The notes beneath the pieces are model-generated. The model saw only the letters and a list, made by a program, of their open reading frames with translations, searched no databases and was not told where the DNA came from. A stretch of DNA of 56,609 nt from a bacterium (GTDB lineage Bacteria > Bacteroidota > Rhodothermia > Rhodothermales > UBA10348). The stretch is taken from NCBI GenBank assembly GCA_013204185.1, contig JABMOI010000015.1, positions 1 to 56,609 on the forward strand, read 5' to 3'. A program made the position numbers and the translations under genes. This document shows, in pieces, positions 1 to 10,410 of this stretch (position 1 is the first letter of the stretch; each line of letters starts with the position of its first letter).

Positions 1-601
<601 letters not shown>

Positions 602-731
602 TTATTTCCGGAATTCCGTTAGCAAAATCACCTGCGTGATTTCTTAACAAAACGACCTGGAAAGACTATTTAAACGAAATACCGCCGTAGAACTTTCCAC
701 GACCGGTTTACCGCTATCAATAAGGGAGCCT

Positions 732-739
732 CAAAAATA
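732..739 (-). promoter_or_regulatory. Candidate Bacteroidota-type -7 promoter element for atpD
   Basis: Minus strand reads TATTTTTG, matching the TAnnTTTG consensus, about 160 bp upstream of the atpD start. Confidence 0.4.
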
Positions 740-879
740 CGATGATCCATATCGAATCGCTTCGTTTAGCGCTGGGTATATCGCAAAGAAACGGGGAATT
801 TCCACCTTCTCAATATGTTCACTTTTGCCTGTTTTTTGATCGATTGAGCCTATATTGATCCATCGACATATTCTTCCTG

Positions 880-3444
880 ATGAATCGGGTTTCCGTTATG
901 CTCCGCCGTATCTCCTTTCTGCTCGCACTGGTATTATTAACTTCGTTTTCGGCTCTTGCCCAAGATTTACCCAGTATTGAGGCCAAAACAAAAGGTCTCG
1001 AAAAAATGGAGGGGTTCTATACCATTTATTGGGACGAGGCTGCAGGTAAGGTGTGGTTGGAAATAGACCGTTTTAATGAGGATTTCCTGTACCAAGTATC
1101 CCTCGCGGCCGGTCTTGGATCCAACGATATTGGCTTGGACCGCAATCAGTTAGGGGGAACGTACATCGTTCGTTTTGAGCGCCGAGGGCCCAAGGTCTTT
1201 ATGGTAGTTCCGAACTTGGATTACGTCGCCGTTTCAAAAAATGTAGCGGAACAACAATCTGTGCGCGATGCGTTCGCATCTGGTGTTATGCACGGCTTTA
1301 CCGTGGCTGCCCAGACAGATTCCAATGTGCTTGTCGATGCCACATCGTTCATTGTACGGGATGCACACGGAGCAGCAAACACGCTTAAGAGGTCGAATCA
1401 AGGAGCGTATCGGGTGGACGATTCTCGCTCCGCTCCCTACAAAGAGCGGACAAAAGCTTTTCCAAGAAATACCGAAATGGAGGCCATGCTCACGTTCACG
1501 TCTGACTCCCCCGGAGGTATTGTACGGAGCGTCGCGTCGCTTGCCGAATCGTTCACACTCAGAGAGCGCCATTCATTTATTGCGCTGCCTGAGCCGGGTT
1601 TTGAACCTCGAAAGAACGACCCCCGATCTGGCTATTTCGGACCTAGTTTTGTCGATTACTCCTCTCCGATCGGCTCAGATATGACGGTGCGCTACATTTC
1701 AAGACATCGGTTAGAAAAAATGGACCCTACGGCTGCCGTCTCAGATCCGGTTAAGCCCATTATTTACTACCTCGACAACGGAACGCCAGAACCAGTTCGT
1801 TCAGCTCTGTTGGAAGGCGCTCGCTGGTGGAACGGGGCGTTTGAGGCCGCCGGATACAGAAATGCATTTCAAGTTGAAGTTCTGCCGGACGGCGCCGACC
1901 CGCTCGACGTTCGCTACAACATTATAAACTGGGTCCATCGCTCCACACGAGGCTGGAGTTACGGTTCTTCCATTACAGATCCACGAACCGGTGAAATTCT
2001 CAAAGGACATGTGCTTTTAGGGTCCCTTCGAGTGAGACAAGATTATTTAATTGCTCAAGGACTGCTCAATATGTTTGACCCCTCGTTCACTGGAGGCGAT
2101 GAAAACGACCCGATGCTCAACATGGCCCTTGCTCGAATCCGCCAGCTCTCGGCACACGAGGTAGGCCATACGCTGGGACTTCAGCACAATTTTGCTGCAT
2201 CTGTAAACGACCGTGCTTCGGTTATGGATTACCCAGCTCCGCTAGCCAAAATGGATCCAAACAATCGGATTTTGCTTCACGACGCGTACGACACGGGCAT
2301 TGGCGAATGGGATAAAATCACCATCAAATATGGATACTCTGATTTCCCAGAAGGCACCGACGAACAGGCCGCGCTGAATACGATTGTGGACGAATACGTT
2401 GAGCAAGGATGGAAATACATTACCGATAACGACGCGCGCGACGAGGGTGGTTCTCACCCCCTTGCCCACCTTTGGGATAATGGAGCCAACGCGGTCGATG
2501 GGCTCAAGTTGGATATGGAGGTTCGCGCCGTTGCTCTGGGCCGCTTTGGCGTGAGCAATTTGCAACACGGACAGCCTATGGCCGCGTTGGAAGAAGTCCT
2601 CGTTCCGCTTTATCTGCGACATCGATATCAAGTAGAAGCGGTCTCCAAATTGATTGGTGGAGTTAACTACGCGTATAATGTTCGCGGAGACACTCAAGAA
2701 TTACCAACACCCGTATCTGCAGGCACGCAGCGCTCGGCTATAAATAGCTTGTTGTCAGTTGTTACACCTGGGGCATTAGCCCTGCCAGAGCATATTGCTA
2801 CTCAAATTCCACCTCGTCCTCCAGGGTACGGACCGCATCGCGAACTTTTCTCTGGGCACACCGGCCCGGTGTTTGACCCATATGCCCCGGCAGCGGTTGT
2901 GGCACAACAGGTGTTTGGCTTGTTGCTACATCCAGCCAGGACGGCTCGACTTACCTACCAGTCGGATTTCGATAAAGCACTGCCTGATTTTCTGAGTGTC
3001 CTAGTTATGTTTACACAACAAGTATGGCTCGCTGATATCCCCTCAGACCCCTACTTGGCCGAATTGCAACGCCTGACTCAGCAAGTTTGGGTTGATGCAC
3101 TCCTTTCAGCCGCAGCGTCTCCGGCTCAGTCCCCAGCGGCCCAATCGCGTATCCTGTTTCATTTGAGGGACCTGCACGAATGGCTCACCGAAAACGCCGA
3201 CCGTTCCGACGACGAAACCCGCGCCCACCGGTTTGCCGTTCTTGACGAAATTGATCGCTATATTTTCCGTCCGTACCAGGTCACCGAGCGCCCCGTCCCT
3301 GTAACCACGCCGCCTGGTTCTCCGATTGGCTCCATGATGGCCACAGATGCCCCCGCTTGGGCTATTCGCTCCGCAGAACGCGAGGCGTGGCTCAACGAAT
3401 GGATGGACGCAACGAACCTCTGCACATTTGAGCCTATCTTTTGA
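880..3444 (+). CDS. Secreted zinc-dependent metalloprotease (metzincin, EcxA/DUF4953-DUF5117 type)
   Basis: Signal peptide (..SALAQ), HEVGHTLGLQHNF zinc motif, SVMDY Met-turn, DPRTGEIL motif. The start may be 898. Confidence 0.9.
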   Translation: MNRVSVMLRRISFLLALVLLTSFSALAQDLPSIEAKTKGLEKMEGFYTIYWDEAAGKVWLEIDRFNEDFLYQVSLAAGLGSNDIGLDRNQLGGTYIVRFERRGPKVFMVVPNLDYVAVSKNVAEQQSVRDAFASGVMHGFTVAAQTDSNVLVDATSFIVRDAHGAANTLKRSNQGAYRVDDSRSAPYKERTKAFPRNTEMEAMLTFTSDSPGGIVRSVASLAESFTLRERHSFIALPEPGFEPRKNDPRSGYFGPSFVDYSSPIGSDMTVRYISRHRLEKMDPTAAVSDPVKPIIYYLDNGTPEPVRSALLEGARWWNGAFEAAGYRNAFQVEVLPDGADPLDVRYNIINWVHRSTRGWSYGSSITDPRTGEILKGHVLLGSLRVRQDYLIAQGLLNMFDPSFTGGDENDPMLNMALARIRQLSAHEVGHTLGLQHNFAASVNDRASVMDYPAPLAKMDPNNRILLHDAYDTGIGEWDKITIKYGYSDFPEGTDEQAALNTIVDEYVEQGWKYITDNDARDEGGSHPLAHLWDNGANAVDGLKLDMEVRAVALGRFGVSNLQHGQPMAALEEVLVPLYLRHRYQVEAVSKLIGGVNYAYNVRGDTQELPTPVSAGTQRSAINSLLSVVTPGALALPEHIATQIPPRPPGYGPHRELFSGHTGPVFDPYAPAAVVAQQVFGLLLHPARTARLTYQSDFDKALPDFLSVLVMFTQQVWLADIPSDPYLAELQRLTQQVWVDALLSAAASPAQSPAAQSRILFHLRDLHEWLTENADRSDDETRAHRFAVLDEIDRYIFRPYQVTERPVPVTTPPGSPIGSMMATDAPAWAIRSAEREAWLNEWMDATNLCTFEPIF

Positions 3445-3475
3445 TTTTATCGTTCTAATTTGGGCGTTTTGAAAT

Positions 3476-3513
3476 AAGCGGGGGGATTGAACATGCGTTC
3501 AATCCCCCCGCTT
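3476..3513. terminator. Long perfect hairpin between convergent genes (probable bidirectional terminator)
   Basis: AAGCGGGGGGATTGAAC-atgc-GTTCAATCCCCCCGCTT, a 17-bp perfect stem. Confidence 0.75.
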
Positions 3514-3557
3514 CGTTGCCAGAGCCCACCACCGCTCCAACAAAATCTAAGTCCAGC

Positions 3558-6077
3558 TTATCCGATTCCTACGTCTTCAAATCCAGATCCGCCTTCCTGG
3601 TTGGAGCGGTTTGGAGCTCTTTTTGGCGGCTTCCCAAAATTGTATTGAAACGTGAGGCTGGCGGAACGCGACTCCCACTTCCGATTTCCGAGTTGGTAGA
3701 ATGAGGCTTGATCCAATTCGAATTGGAAGCCCATTTTGTCCAACGGGTCGTTCATTCTGAGCGTGAGAGAGCCTTTTCCTTTTAGCACTTTCTGACGCAC
3801 AGAAATATTGGCAACAGAGAAGGAGGATATTTTCCCCTGTGCTACGTCAATGGGGGCGCGGTAGAAGTAAAACAACTGCACATCCGTTTTGTCAGTTACT
3901 TTCCAGGTTGCACTCGCCCGCGAGGACCAAGAAACCGCATCGTTCGCCAGGCTTGCATCTACACTTGCGCCGTCCGTAACAATACGGTAGGCATTAAAGC
4001 TGGCAAATCCACTTAGTTTTGAGCCCAACCGCATCGATCCAATCATTTCTGCTCCAAAAGATTCGCTCTTGTCAAAGTTGCGAAATGTCAAGGTTGAGAT
4101 GCCTGTTGAGCTATCCAGCGTCTTGAATCGTTCAATCTGATTCACAGTTCGGCGGTAGTAGGGCGTGACAGAAATTGAACCTTTCTGAGTAAACTGCTGA
4201 TACGCCATCTCAAAGGAGTGAACGTATTCTGGCTCAAGAAGTGGGTTACCGATCTGCAGATTCAGCGGGTCGGAGAACGTCGTAAACGGATTGAGCTGGC
4301 TGGTTCTAGGTCTACTTACCCGCTTGCTGTAGCTCAATTTCACCTGTTTGGTCTGAGCTAAATTGTAGTTCACAAAAGCACTTGGAAACAGGCTGGTATA
4401 GCTGTTGTCGAAGGACTCGCTGGTTGTTCTCAAGTCAAAGGTCGTGTTGGCTTGCTCTGCCCGAAGTCCTGCTTGTACTTCCATCTTACCGACCTTCGTG
4501 CTTACGATACCGTAGCCCGCAAATACGTTTTCTGCGTAATCAAATCGGTTGCTAAGCCCCATGTCTTCAGCAAAATTGCCAGCTGTTGCATCGAAGAAAG
4601 ACGCATCAAACCGATTGTCCATGGAGCGGAACGTTCCTTTAGCACCCGCTTCGACTTTGACTGAACCGAGCGTACGAATCCAGTCTGTTTGACCTGAAAC
4701 CTCTGTTTCACGATTGTCTAGCTCATTGATGGTCTGTTCAATTAAATCGAGAGCAGACGCTCCGTCAAGGGAAAGCAACTGCTCGGAAAGCTCATCCGTA
4801 TTCCCACCATTTGATCTATTGAACCGGATTTCGCCCGTCGTTTCGTTTTTCGATGAGTCTAGGATTCGTCTAAATGATGTGGAAAAATCCATCGAATAGC
4901 CGTCTGAAGCGACCATGCTCTGGCGAGAAGATCTACTTGTAAGGTCGCGAAGCGCGTCGAGCTGGGCATAAGCATTTGTCGACTCATTGTCTCCTTGCCT
5001 GTTGCTCACAAGAGCCGATCCAGAAAGCTCCGTTTTGTCTGAGATGCTATAGTCGGAGCTCAAACTGAACAGATGCGAAGTACCCGTGCGTAAGCCGAAG
5101 TTATCCTGCTCAATGAACGTGCGTGGGTCTAAATATCTGTTTTCCCTGAGGTTGAACCCATCGCTGTTCCGGTCGTCGCTTCTAAACCCATAGGTGCTGA
5201 AGAGCTTTAGGGCTCCTTTTTGAATGTTATAACTTCCAGATGCGTTGTAGCCGCCGTCGGAACCGCCACCTAGCGTAATTCCTCCACTCGAGCCCATTTC
5301 AGCTTCTTTCTTAAGCACGATATTAATCGCACCAGCTTGGCCATCCGGATCGTATTTCGCGGACGGGTTAGGAATCACTTCAACCCGGTCGATGGAGCTG
5401 GCTGGGAGTTGCTGCAAAAAGGAGGTTAGAAAATCGCCTTTAAGCGGCGACGGCTTTCCGTTGATTAATACAGAAATATTCTGATTGCCCCTCAGACTGA
5501 CATTCCCATCAATATCGACTTCAACCGAAGGAATATTTTGCAATACATCGGTCGCTGACCCACCAGCAGAGCTAATCTGGTTTTTGGTGTTGTACACCGT
5601 GCGATCTATTTCAAAAGCAACTTCCGCGCGTTCTGCAGTCACTTCTACTCCTTCCATTTCCGCTGAATCAAAAGCCAAAGAAACGGTCCCAAGGTCCACA
5701 ATTCTATTCGCCTCGGAGATCACAAAAACCGGGGTTTCAAACGGTTGATAACCCACAAAACTGACGACAGCGAAGTACCGCCCGATGGGCAAGCGCTCAA
5801 TTAAAAAGCGTCCGTCCGAATCACTTATGGCTCCCGTGACTAGTGTTGAATCCGAAGCTGACCTCACTCCGATGGTCGCTGAAAACAGAGCGTTTCCCGA
5901 TTCTTTCTCGAGAATCACACCGCTAATTTGTCCAATAACGGACTGCCGTGTTTCGGTAGCAGATGGACCGCTTGCCACAGTCGATTGAGCGAAAGCGGCA
6001 TTCCCCAAGAGCGTTCCCAGTACTAGGAAGGCTAAAAAGGCTGCACTTTTCTTTAGGATTGGAATAATGTTTGACAT
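3558..6077 (-). CDS. TonB-dependent receptor / outer-membrane beta-barrel family with N-terminal carboxypeptidase-regulatory-like domain
   Basis: Signal peptide from MSNIIPIL (ATG 6077; the track start at 6143 is probably too long). Plug motifs LQNIPSVEVDIDGNVSLRG and IDRVEVIPNPSAKYD; C-terminal FQYNFG. Confidence 0.92.
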   Translation of the reverse strand: MSNIIPILKKSAAFLAFLVLGTLLGNAAFAQSTVASGPSATETRQSVIGQISGVILEKESGNALFSATIGVRSASDSTLVTGAISDSDGRFLIERLPIGRYFAVVSFVGYQPFETPVFVISEANRIVDLGTVSLAFDSAEMEGVEVTAERAEVAFEIDRTVYNTKNQISSAGGSATDVLQNIPSVEVDIDGNVSLRGNQNISVLINGKPSPLKGDFLTSFLQQLPASSIDRVEVIPNPSAKYDPDGQAGAINIVLKKEAEMGSSGGITLGGGSDGGYNASGSYNIQKGALKLFSTYGFRSDDRNSDGFNLRENRYLDPRTFIEQDNFGLRTGTSHLFSLSSDYSISDKTELSGSALVSNRQGDNESTNAYAQLDALRDLTSRSSRQSMVASDGYSMDFSTSFRRILDSSKNETTGEIRFNRSNGGNTDELSEQLLSLDGASALDLIEQTINELDNRETEVSGQTDWIRTLGSVKVEAGAKGTFRSMDNRFDASFFDATAGNFAEDMGLSNRFDYAENVFAGYGIVSTKVGKMEVQAGLRAEQANTTFDLRTTSESFDNSYTSLFPSAFVNYNLAQTKQVKLSYSKRVSRPRTSQLNPFTTFSDPLNLQIGNPLLEPEYVHSFEMAYQQFTQKGSISVTPYYRRTVNQIERFKTLDSSTGISTLTFRNFDKSESFGAEMIGSMRLGSKLSGFASFNAYRIVTDGASVDASLANDAVSWSSRASATWKVTDKTDVQLFYFYRAPIDVAQGKISSFSVANISVRQKVLKGKGSLTLRMNDPLDKMGFQFELDQASFYQLGNRKWESRSASLTFQYNFGKPPKRAPNRSNQEGGSGFEDVGIG

Positions 6078-6167
6078 GTCAAGTTTTTCTGGCCGCACGA
6101 ATGCGTTGGTGGGGTGTTTACAATAAGTGTAAAAATCCACCACAGCGGAACGTCATCCGATCTCTTT

Positions 6168-6219
6168 GCGACAAGAGGCGACCACTTGCGACAAAAGGCT
6201 ATTTGTGTCGACAAACGGC
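6168..6219 (-). promoter_or_regulatory. Three direct repeats at a 20-bp period upstream of the TonB receptor (candidate LytTR-type operator)
   Basis: GCGACAAGAGGC (6168), GCGACAAAAGGC (6188), TCGACAAACGGC (6208). Confidence 0.55.
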
Positions 6220-6285
6220 TACAGAAAACAACAAGCGGCACAGCTAAGCCGGCCCCTCCGATCCACAAAAAAGACTCAACGAGAG

Positions 6286-7383
6286 CTATTTTGCTCCGTT
6301 TTTGGAAGGCGGTAGGTCGAAGTCATCGGGGTTCACTTCGTTCGGGTCAAAATGCTGATACCCTGCAGGATGCAGTGGCAACAGTCCTGTTTCCGGGCTG
6401 TAGGCTCTAACGCCCCGAGCTGCTTCTTCGATGTTTCCGATCACCGAAACGCCTTCGAGCGCGTCCACTTTTGAGACCTCAGATGGGTCTACGGTAAAGA
6501 GCAATTCGTAATCTTCGCCGCCGAACAGGGCATAGGCGTCGATATCGTCCATGAATTGATCGGCCACCAACCGGGTTTCCGGATCGAATGGCAGAGCTGG
6601 AATCCGCACGGTGGCTCCTACCCCGCTTCGAATGGCAATATGGTGGACTTCTGACGCAATACCGTCTGAGATATCGATCATCGAAGTTGGGCGGATACCT
6701 GCCTTTTTAAACGCCTCAATCATGTCGAGGCGCGCATTCGGGCGCAGTTGGCGCTGAATCACGTATTGGAGCGCTTCCAAATCAGGTTCGTAGTCTTCGC
6801 CCAAGTCTTTCAGGGCTTGACGCTGGTCTAAGAGCACTTTTAGGCCTGCATAAGCTCCACCCACATCGCCGGTAACGCAAAGAAAGTCGCCGACGTTTGC
6901 CCCTCTTCTGAACACCACATCTCGCTCTGCCACTTCCCCAACCACAGTAATCGAAATGTAGAGAGCATGAGCCGTTGTGGTATCGCCTCCTACCAATTCC
7001 ATCCCGTACTTCTTGCAGGCCATCTTTATGCCGTCGTAGAGACCGTCCAGCATTTCAACCGACATATTCCGCGGAATACCCAGCGCAATAGTGGCATAAA
7101 GCGGCTTTGCATTCATGGCCACCACGTCGCTCACATTGACCGATATGGACTTAAACCCCAGAAACGACATTGGGATAAAGGTGCGATCAAAGTGAACGCC
7201 CTCTATGAGCGCGTCGGTCGTGATCACATGCAGGGTGCCTTCGCTAACTTTGTAAACGGCCGCATCGTCTCCAATGCCCTCGATCAGGCCTGAAGACCTA
7301 GGCAAATCGACCAAACGGTCGGACATGCGCTGAATAATGCCGAACTCCCCAAGAGTTGAAACCGGTGTAAAATGCTCGCTCAT
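6286..7383 (-). CDS. thiL: Thiamine-monophosphate kinase
   Basis: LGEFGII, GIGDDAAV, TTDALIEGVHFD, NVSDVVAM, GGDT, DISDG and GGEDYELLFT motifs. Confidence 0.96.
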   Translation of the reverse strand: MSEHFTPVSTLGEFGIIQRMSDRLVDLPRSSGLIEGIGDDAAVYKVSEGTLHVITTDALIEGVHFDRTFIPMSFLGFKSISVNVSDVVAMNAKPLYATIALGIPRNMSVEMLDGLYDGIKMACKKYGMELVGGDTTTAHALYISITVVGEVAERDVVFRRGANVGDFLCVTGDVGGAYAGLKVLLDQRQALKDLGEDYEPDLEALQYVIQRQLRPNARLDMIEAFKKAGIRPTSMIDISDGIASEVHHIAIRSGVGATVRIPALPFDPETRLVADQFMDDIDAYALFGGEDYELLFTVDPSEVSKVDALEGVSVIGNIEEAARGVRAYSPETGLLPLHPAGYQHFDPNEVNPDDFDLPPSKNGAK

Positions 7384-7430
7384 AATGATTGATTCGTTTC
7401 CGTGTGTGCGAAAGCTAACGCCTTTACCTG

Positions 7431-7904
7431 CTAAATAAAGATGCCGTAGTCAAACTCCCCGTCTGTACGACGGGGATCAAAAGAGGCCTCGAAGCGACTC
7501 AATTCCAGATTTTCTGAAATCGATTCCCCTGAAGCCGGTACCCATTCATTTAAAACTTTATAGGCCGTCTGGCCCGAAGAGGCGGGAGAACCCTTGTGCC
7601 GAAAATATGCAATCTTTCGATTCGAAAAGTCCAACCGCACGAACATCTCGGGTACGCTTTCAAGTTGGTCCACTTGAATCATGGCGTAGTAAAAGGCTGT
7701 CTCTGATCTCGTAGTAAAATCCCCAGAAATGACGACGTAACGCTCGGTGCCCACGCGCCCTGGAATCTGATCCCAAACTGCCCGCAATTGCTTCCAAAGG
7801 CCCGGAATGCCAGACAAATCGTTTGGCTGTTTCGAATTATGCCTCATCTCAAGTCGAAGTCCAACTAGTTGAAACGAGTCGGGTTGAGTGATAGTGGGCG
7901 TCAT
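7431..7904 (-). CDS. GyrI-like / AraC effector-binding domain protein
   Basis: Pattern F.LVGL...IPGLW...YAMIQV...VPE.F...AYFRHKG...W.P.SG; 157 aa. Confidence 0.75.
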   Translation of the reverse strand: MTPTITQPDSFQLVGLRLEMRHNSKQPNDLSGIPGLWKQLRAVWDQIPGRVGTERYVVISGDFTTRSETAFYYAMIQVDQLESVPEMFVRLDFSNRKIAYFRHKGSPASSGQTAYKVLNEWVPASGESISENLELSRFEASFDPRRTDGEFDYGIFI

Positions 7905-7973
7905 TGTTTGCGTTGCTTGGGAGATCAGGCAGTAATCAAAATGAATGGGGGTGCTGAACGCTATGGGCCAAGC

Positions 7974-9227
7974 TTATTTCCCCGGCATGCAGATCTTTCC
8001 TGAAAATGCACAGCCACGCGCGCCCGTAACCGACGGCATTCCCGTTGCCACGCCGCCCATCGCTTCATGCGCTAAAACGGCAAAACAGAGGGCCTCTTTG
8101 GCGTCCGAATCGAATCCGTGTTGCGTGGCTGAATCGACATGGGCGTGCGGTAAGCCGAGGGCCAACCCGTTCATGAGGGTTTCGTTGTGACTTCCGCCTC
8201 CCGAAACAATCACGCGATCAACTGGGAATTCGACAAACTTGCTTAACGCGTCCAGAATTGACTGAACGGTAAAAGCGGTAGCCGTGGCCACGACGTCTTG
8301 GTCAGACAAGCCTTTTTCGCGCCCCTGAGCAACCATTTGCTGAACAAACGCAGCGTTAAAGAGCTCGCGGCCCGTCGATTTAGGAGGCGGTAATTCAAAA
8401 TAGGGATGCTGCAACCACTGCTTCAGCAGAGAGTCGTTTACAACGCCCGAGGCTGCAAAAGCCCCATTCTTATCGTACCAAGCTCCGGTAAACTGCTGCA
8501 TCAATCCATCAATCAGCATATTTGCAGGTCCGGTGTCGAATGCTACAACATCAGTACGCTTACAACCGGCTGTTAGGGCCGAGATATTGGCGATACCGCC
8601 TAAGTTCAATAACACTCGGTTTTCATCGGGGGACGAAAATACCGCCCAGTCTACGTAGGGCACCAACGGAGCGCCTTGCCCGCCGAGAGCCATATCGCCC
8701 ATTCTAAAATCGCCAACAACCGGGATGCCTATGAGATGGGCCAGTGTGGCCGGATCGCCAATCTGCAAGGTGGCTGCTGGTAGCTTCGCGGGAGAAGGAT
8801 CGTGATACATGGTTTGGCCGTGACTCCCCACTAACCCGATGTCTTCCAACGATATAGCGAAACGAGAGCACGTTTTTTTGATCGCAGCCGCATACACGTA
8901 AGCGAGCTCGACGTTGAGTTTGCAGAGTTCAGCGACCGAAGACGTCTCCGGAATCGAATTGCGAAGGATGCGTTGCTTGAGGTCTTCGTCGTAGGGCTGA
9001 GAGGCAAAAGCTCGAGTCTTTATGGACAGCCTTGTCCCACTTCCTTTGATCTCGGCAATAGCAACATCCACCCCATCTAGGCTTGTTCCGGACATTAGGC
9101 CAACGACGAACCGTTTTGAATGAGACAAGAGCTCACTACCGGCGGCGGCGCCCAGTCCGGCGCCCAGTCCGACGCCCTTTCCAGCCCCAAAAGAGCTCAT
9201 CCCTGAAGCTAGGTCAGTTCTTTGCAC
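7974..9227 (-). CDS. anmK: Anhydro-N-acetylmuramic acid kinase
   Basis: GLMSGTSLDGVD, GSHGQT, DFR..D.ALGGQGAPLVP, NLGGIANI, FDTGPAN, PPKSTGRELF and KEALCFA motifs. Exact start is uncertain. Confidence 0.96.
   Translation of the reverse strand: MQRTDLASGMSSFGAGKGVGLGAGLGAAAGSELLSHSKRFVVGLMSGTSLDGVDVAIAEIKGSGTRLSIKTRAFASQPYDEDLKQRILRNSIPETSSVAELCKLNVELAYVYAAAIKKTCSRFAISLEDIGLVGSHGQTMYHDPSPAKLPAATLQIGDPATLAHLIGIPVVGDFRMGDMALGGQGAPLVPYVDWAVFSSPDENRVLLNLGGIANISALTAGCKRTDVVAFDTGPANMLIDGLMQQFTGAWYDKNGAFAASGVVNDSLLKQWLQHPYFELPPPKSTGRELFNAAFVQQMVAQGREKGLSDQDVVATATAFTVQSILDALSKFVEFPVDRVIVSGGGSHNETLMNGLALGLPHAHVDSATQHGFDSDAKEALCFAVLAHEAMGGVATGMPSVTGARGCAFSGKICMPGK
9141..9188 (-). repeat. Degenerate 12-bp tandem repeat in the anmK 5' extension
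   Basis: GGCGCCCAGTCC x2 plus variants on the + strand, encoding GAGKGVGLGAGLGAAAG. Confidence 0.6.
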
Positions 9228-9897
9228 TGCTTTTTTTCCTCAACTCCTGCGCTTTTTGTAAAAACTCAGCGGCCTTGTCAGGGCGCTGCACAGCCAATTT
9301 GTCGTAGACAACTGCTGCTTCCTCAAAAAACTTTTGATTGGCGTAAATGCGTGCCAATGTTTCGGAAACGACATCGTCAATTTCCGTTTCCAATTCCCCT
9401 TGCGGAATCATCTCAATATTTGGATCGGGGACGATTCGGGCTGTTTCGAGCTCGCTAATTAGTTTGTCGAGATCCTGATACTCCGGCGAGGAAGGCTCGG
9501 CGTGTGCAGGTTGGTGCTGCTCGATGGGCGCAGTCTCCGGCTTGGAGGGACTCTCTGGTTCAGGTGCGGGCGCAACCGCTGCTTCCCACGACTCAGGATC
9601 TGCAAGTTCAACCGGTGCAAAGCCCGGGCTCTGCGGACTCGCGAACATTCTTCTAGTCACAGCGCGGCGCAGTCCTTTCTCAATGACAGGATTTCCAGGG
9701 CACAAAAATGCCGCCCGTTTCCAGTACTGATAGGCTAATTCTATATCGCGGTTTGCGTCGTGCAACTTGGCCAGCAACACCGTTGCACTCAAGTGATTCG
9801 GAATGACCTGCAGCAAATCACTCAGGAGAGCACGCGCCTCCTCAGAATTGTCTGCTTCAATCAACGAAGCGATTTGAGTGATATCAAGCACCGACAT
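9214..9897 (-). CDS. Tetratricopeptide-repeat-like conserved protein (partner of lptE in Bacteroidota)
   Basis: TPR-like N-terminus, Pro/Glu linker, C-terminal SETLARIYANQ...A..VY.KL...P.K motif. ATG at 9897 preferred. Confidence 0.7.
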   Translation of the reverse strand: MSVLDITQIASLIEADNSEEARALLSDLLQVIPNHLSATVLLAKLHDANRDIELAYQYWKRAAFLCPGNPVIEKGLRRAVTRRMFASPQSPGFAPVELADPESWEAAVAPAPEPESPSKPETAPIEQHQPAHAEPSSPEYQDLDKLISELETARIVPDPNIEMIPQGELETEIDDVVSETLARIYANQKFFEEAAVVYDKLAVQRPDKAAEFLQKAQELRKKSSAKN

Positions 9898-9905
9898 AGT
9901 GTGGC

Positions 9906-10409
9906 TTACCAATTAGATGTGGCCGCAGTGAACACATCATCTGCAATTTTTTCGAGTGCCGCAAGAGCGGCTGTTTCTTCCTCGCTCGGATTGAAAGGAT
10001 CGTATTCTTCAAACGCCGAAAAGGTACGGTTTAATAACTCTTTGTTTTGCACCTGATCCTGGTATTTGACCGATACGGTTATCGAAATCCTATTTCGAGT
10101 GGCCTGTTCATTGCCAGAAACAGAAGTTGGCGTGTTATCGTAGCGCGAAATCACGACAGATAACACGGCATCAGAAGCCGATTCAGTGGTTTCCAAAGAA
10201 AGGCGCGTCTGGCGAACAAATCGGTCAATGAGCAAGGTGGTCATTTGCTCATCCAGGCCCGTAACCGTTGAAATGGTGTTGTCTTCGACCAACGGAATGG
10301 CAATCGTGCCAAGATGCTCAGGAATGCTGGCTCCCGTGAAGCTGTAGTAGCCGCAACCCGAAAGCCCCAGCCAACACGCTAAGAATATGGATACGAAAAA
10401 CCGATTCAT
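9906..10409 (-). CDS. lptE: LPS assembly lipoprotein LptE-like
   Basis: Lipobox LSGC followed by YSFTGASI, R.S.TV.V.Y motif and C-terminal NW. ATG at 10409 abuts the upstream stop. Confidence 0.8.
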   Translation of the reverse strand: MNRFFVSIFLACWLGLSGCGYYSFTGASIPEHLGTIAIPLVEDNTISTVTGLDEQMTTLLIDRFVRQTRLSLETTESASDAVLSVVISRYDNTPTSVSGNEQATRNRISITVSVKYQDQVQNKELLNRTFSAFEEYDPFNPSEEETAALAALEKIADDVFTAATSNW

Positions 10410-10410
10410 G

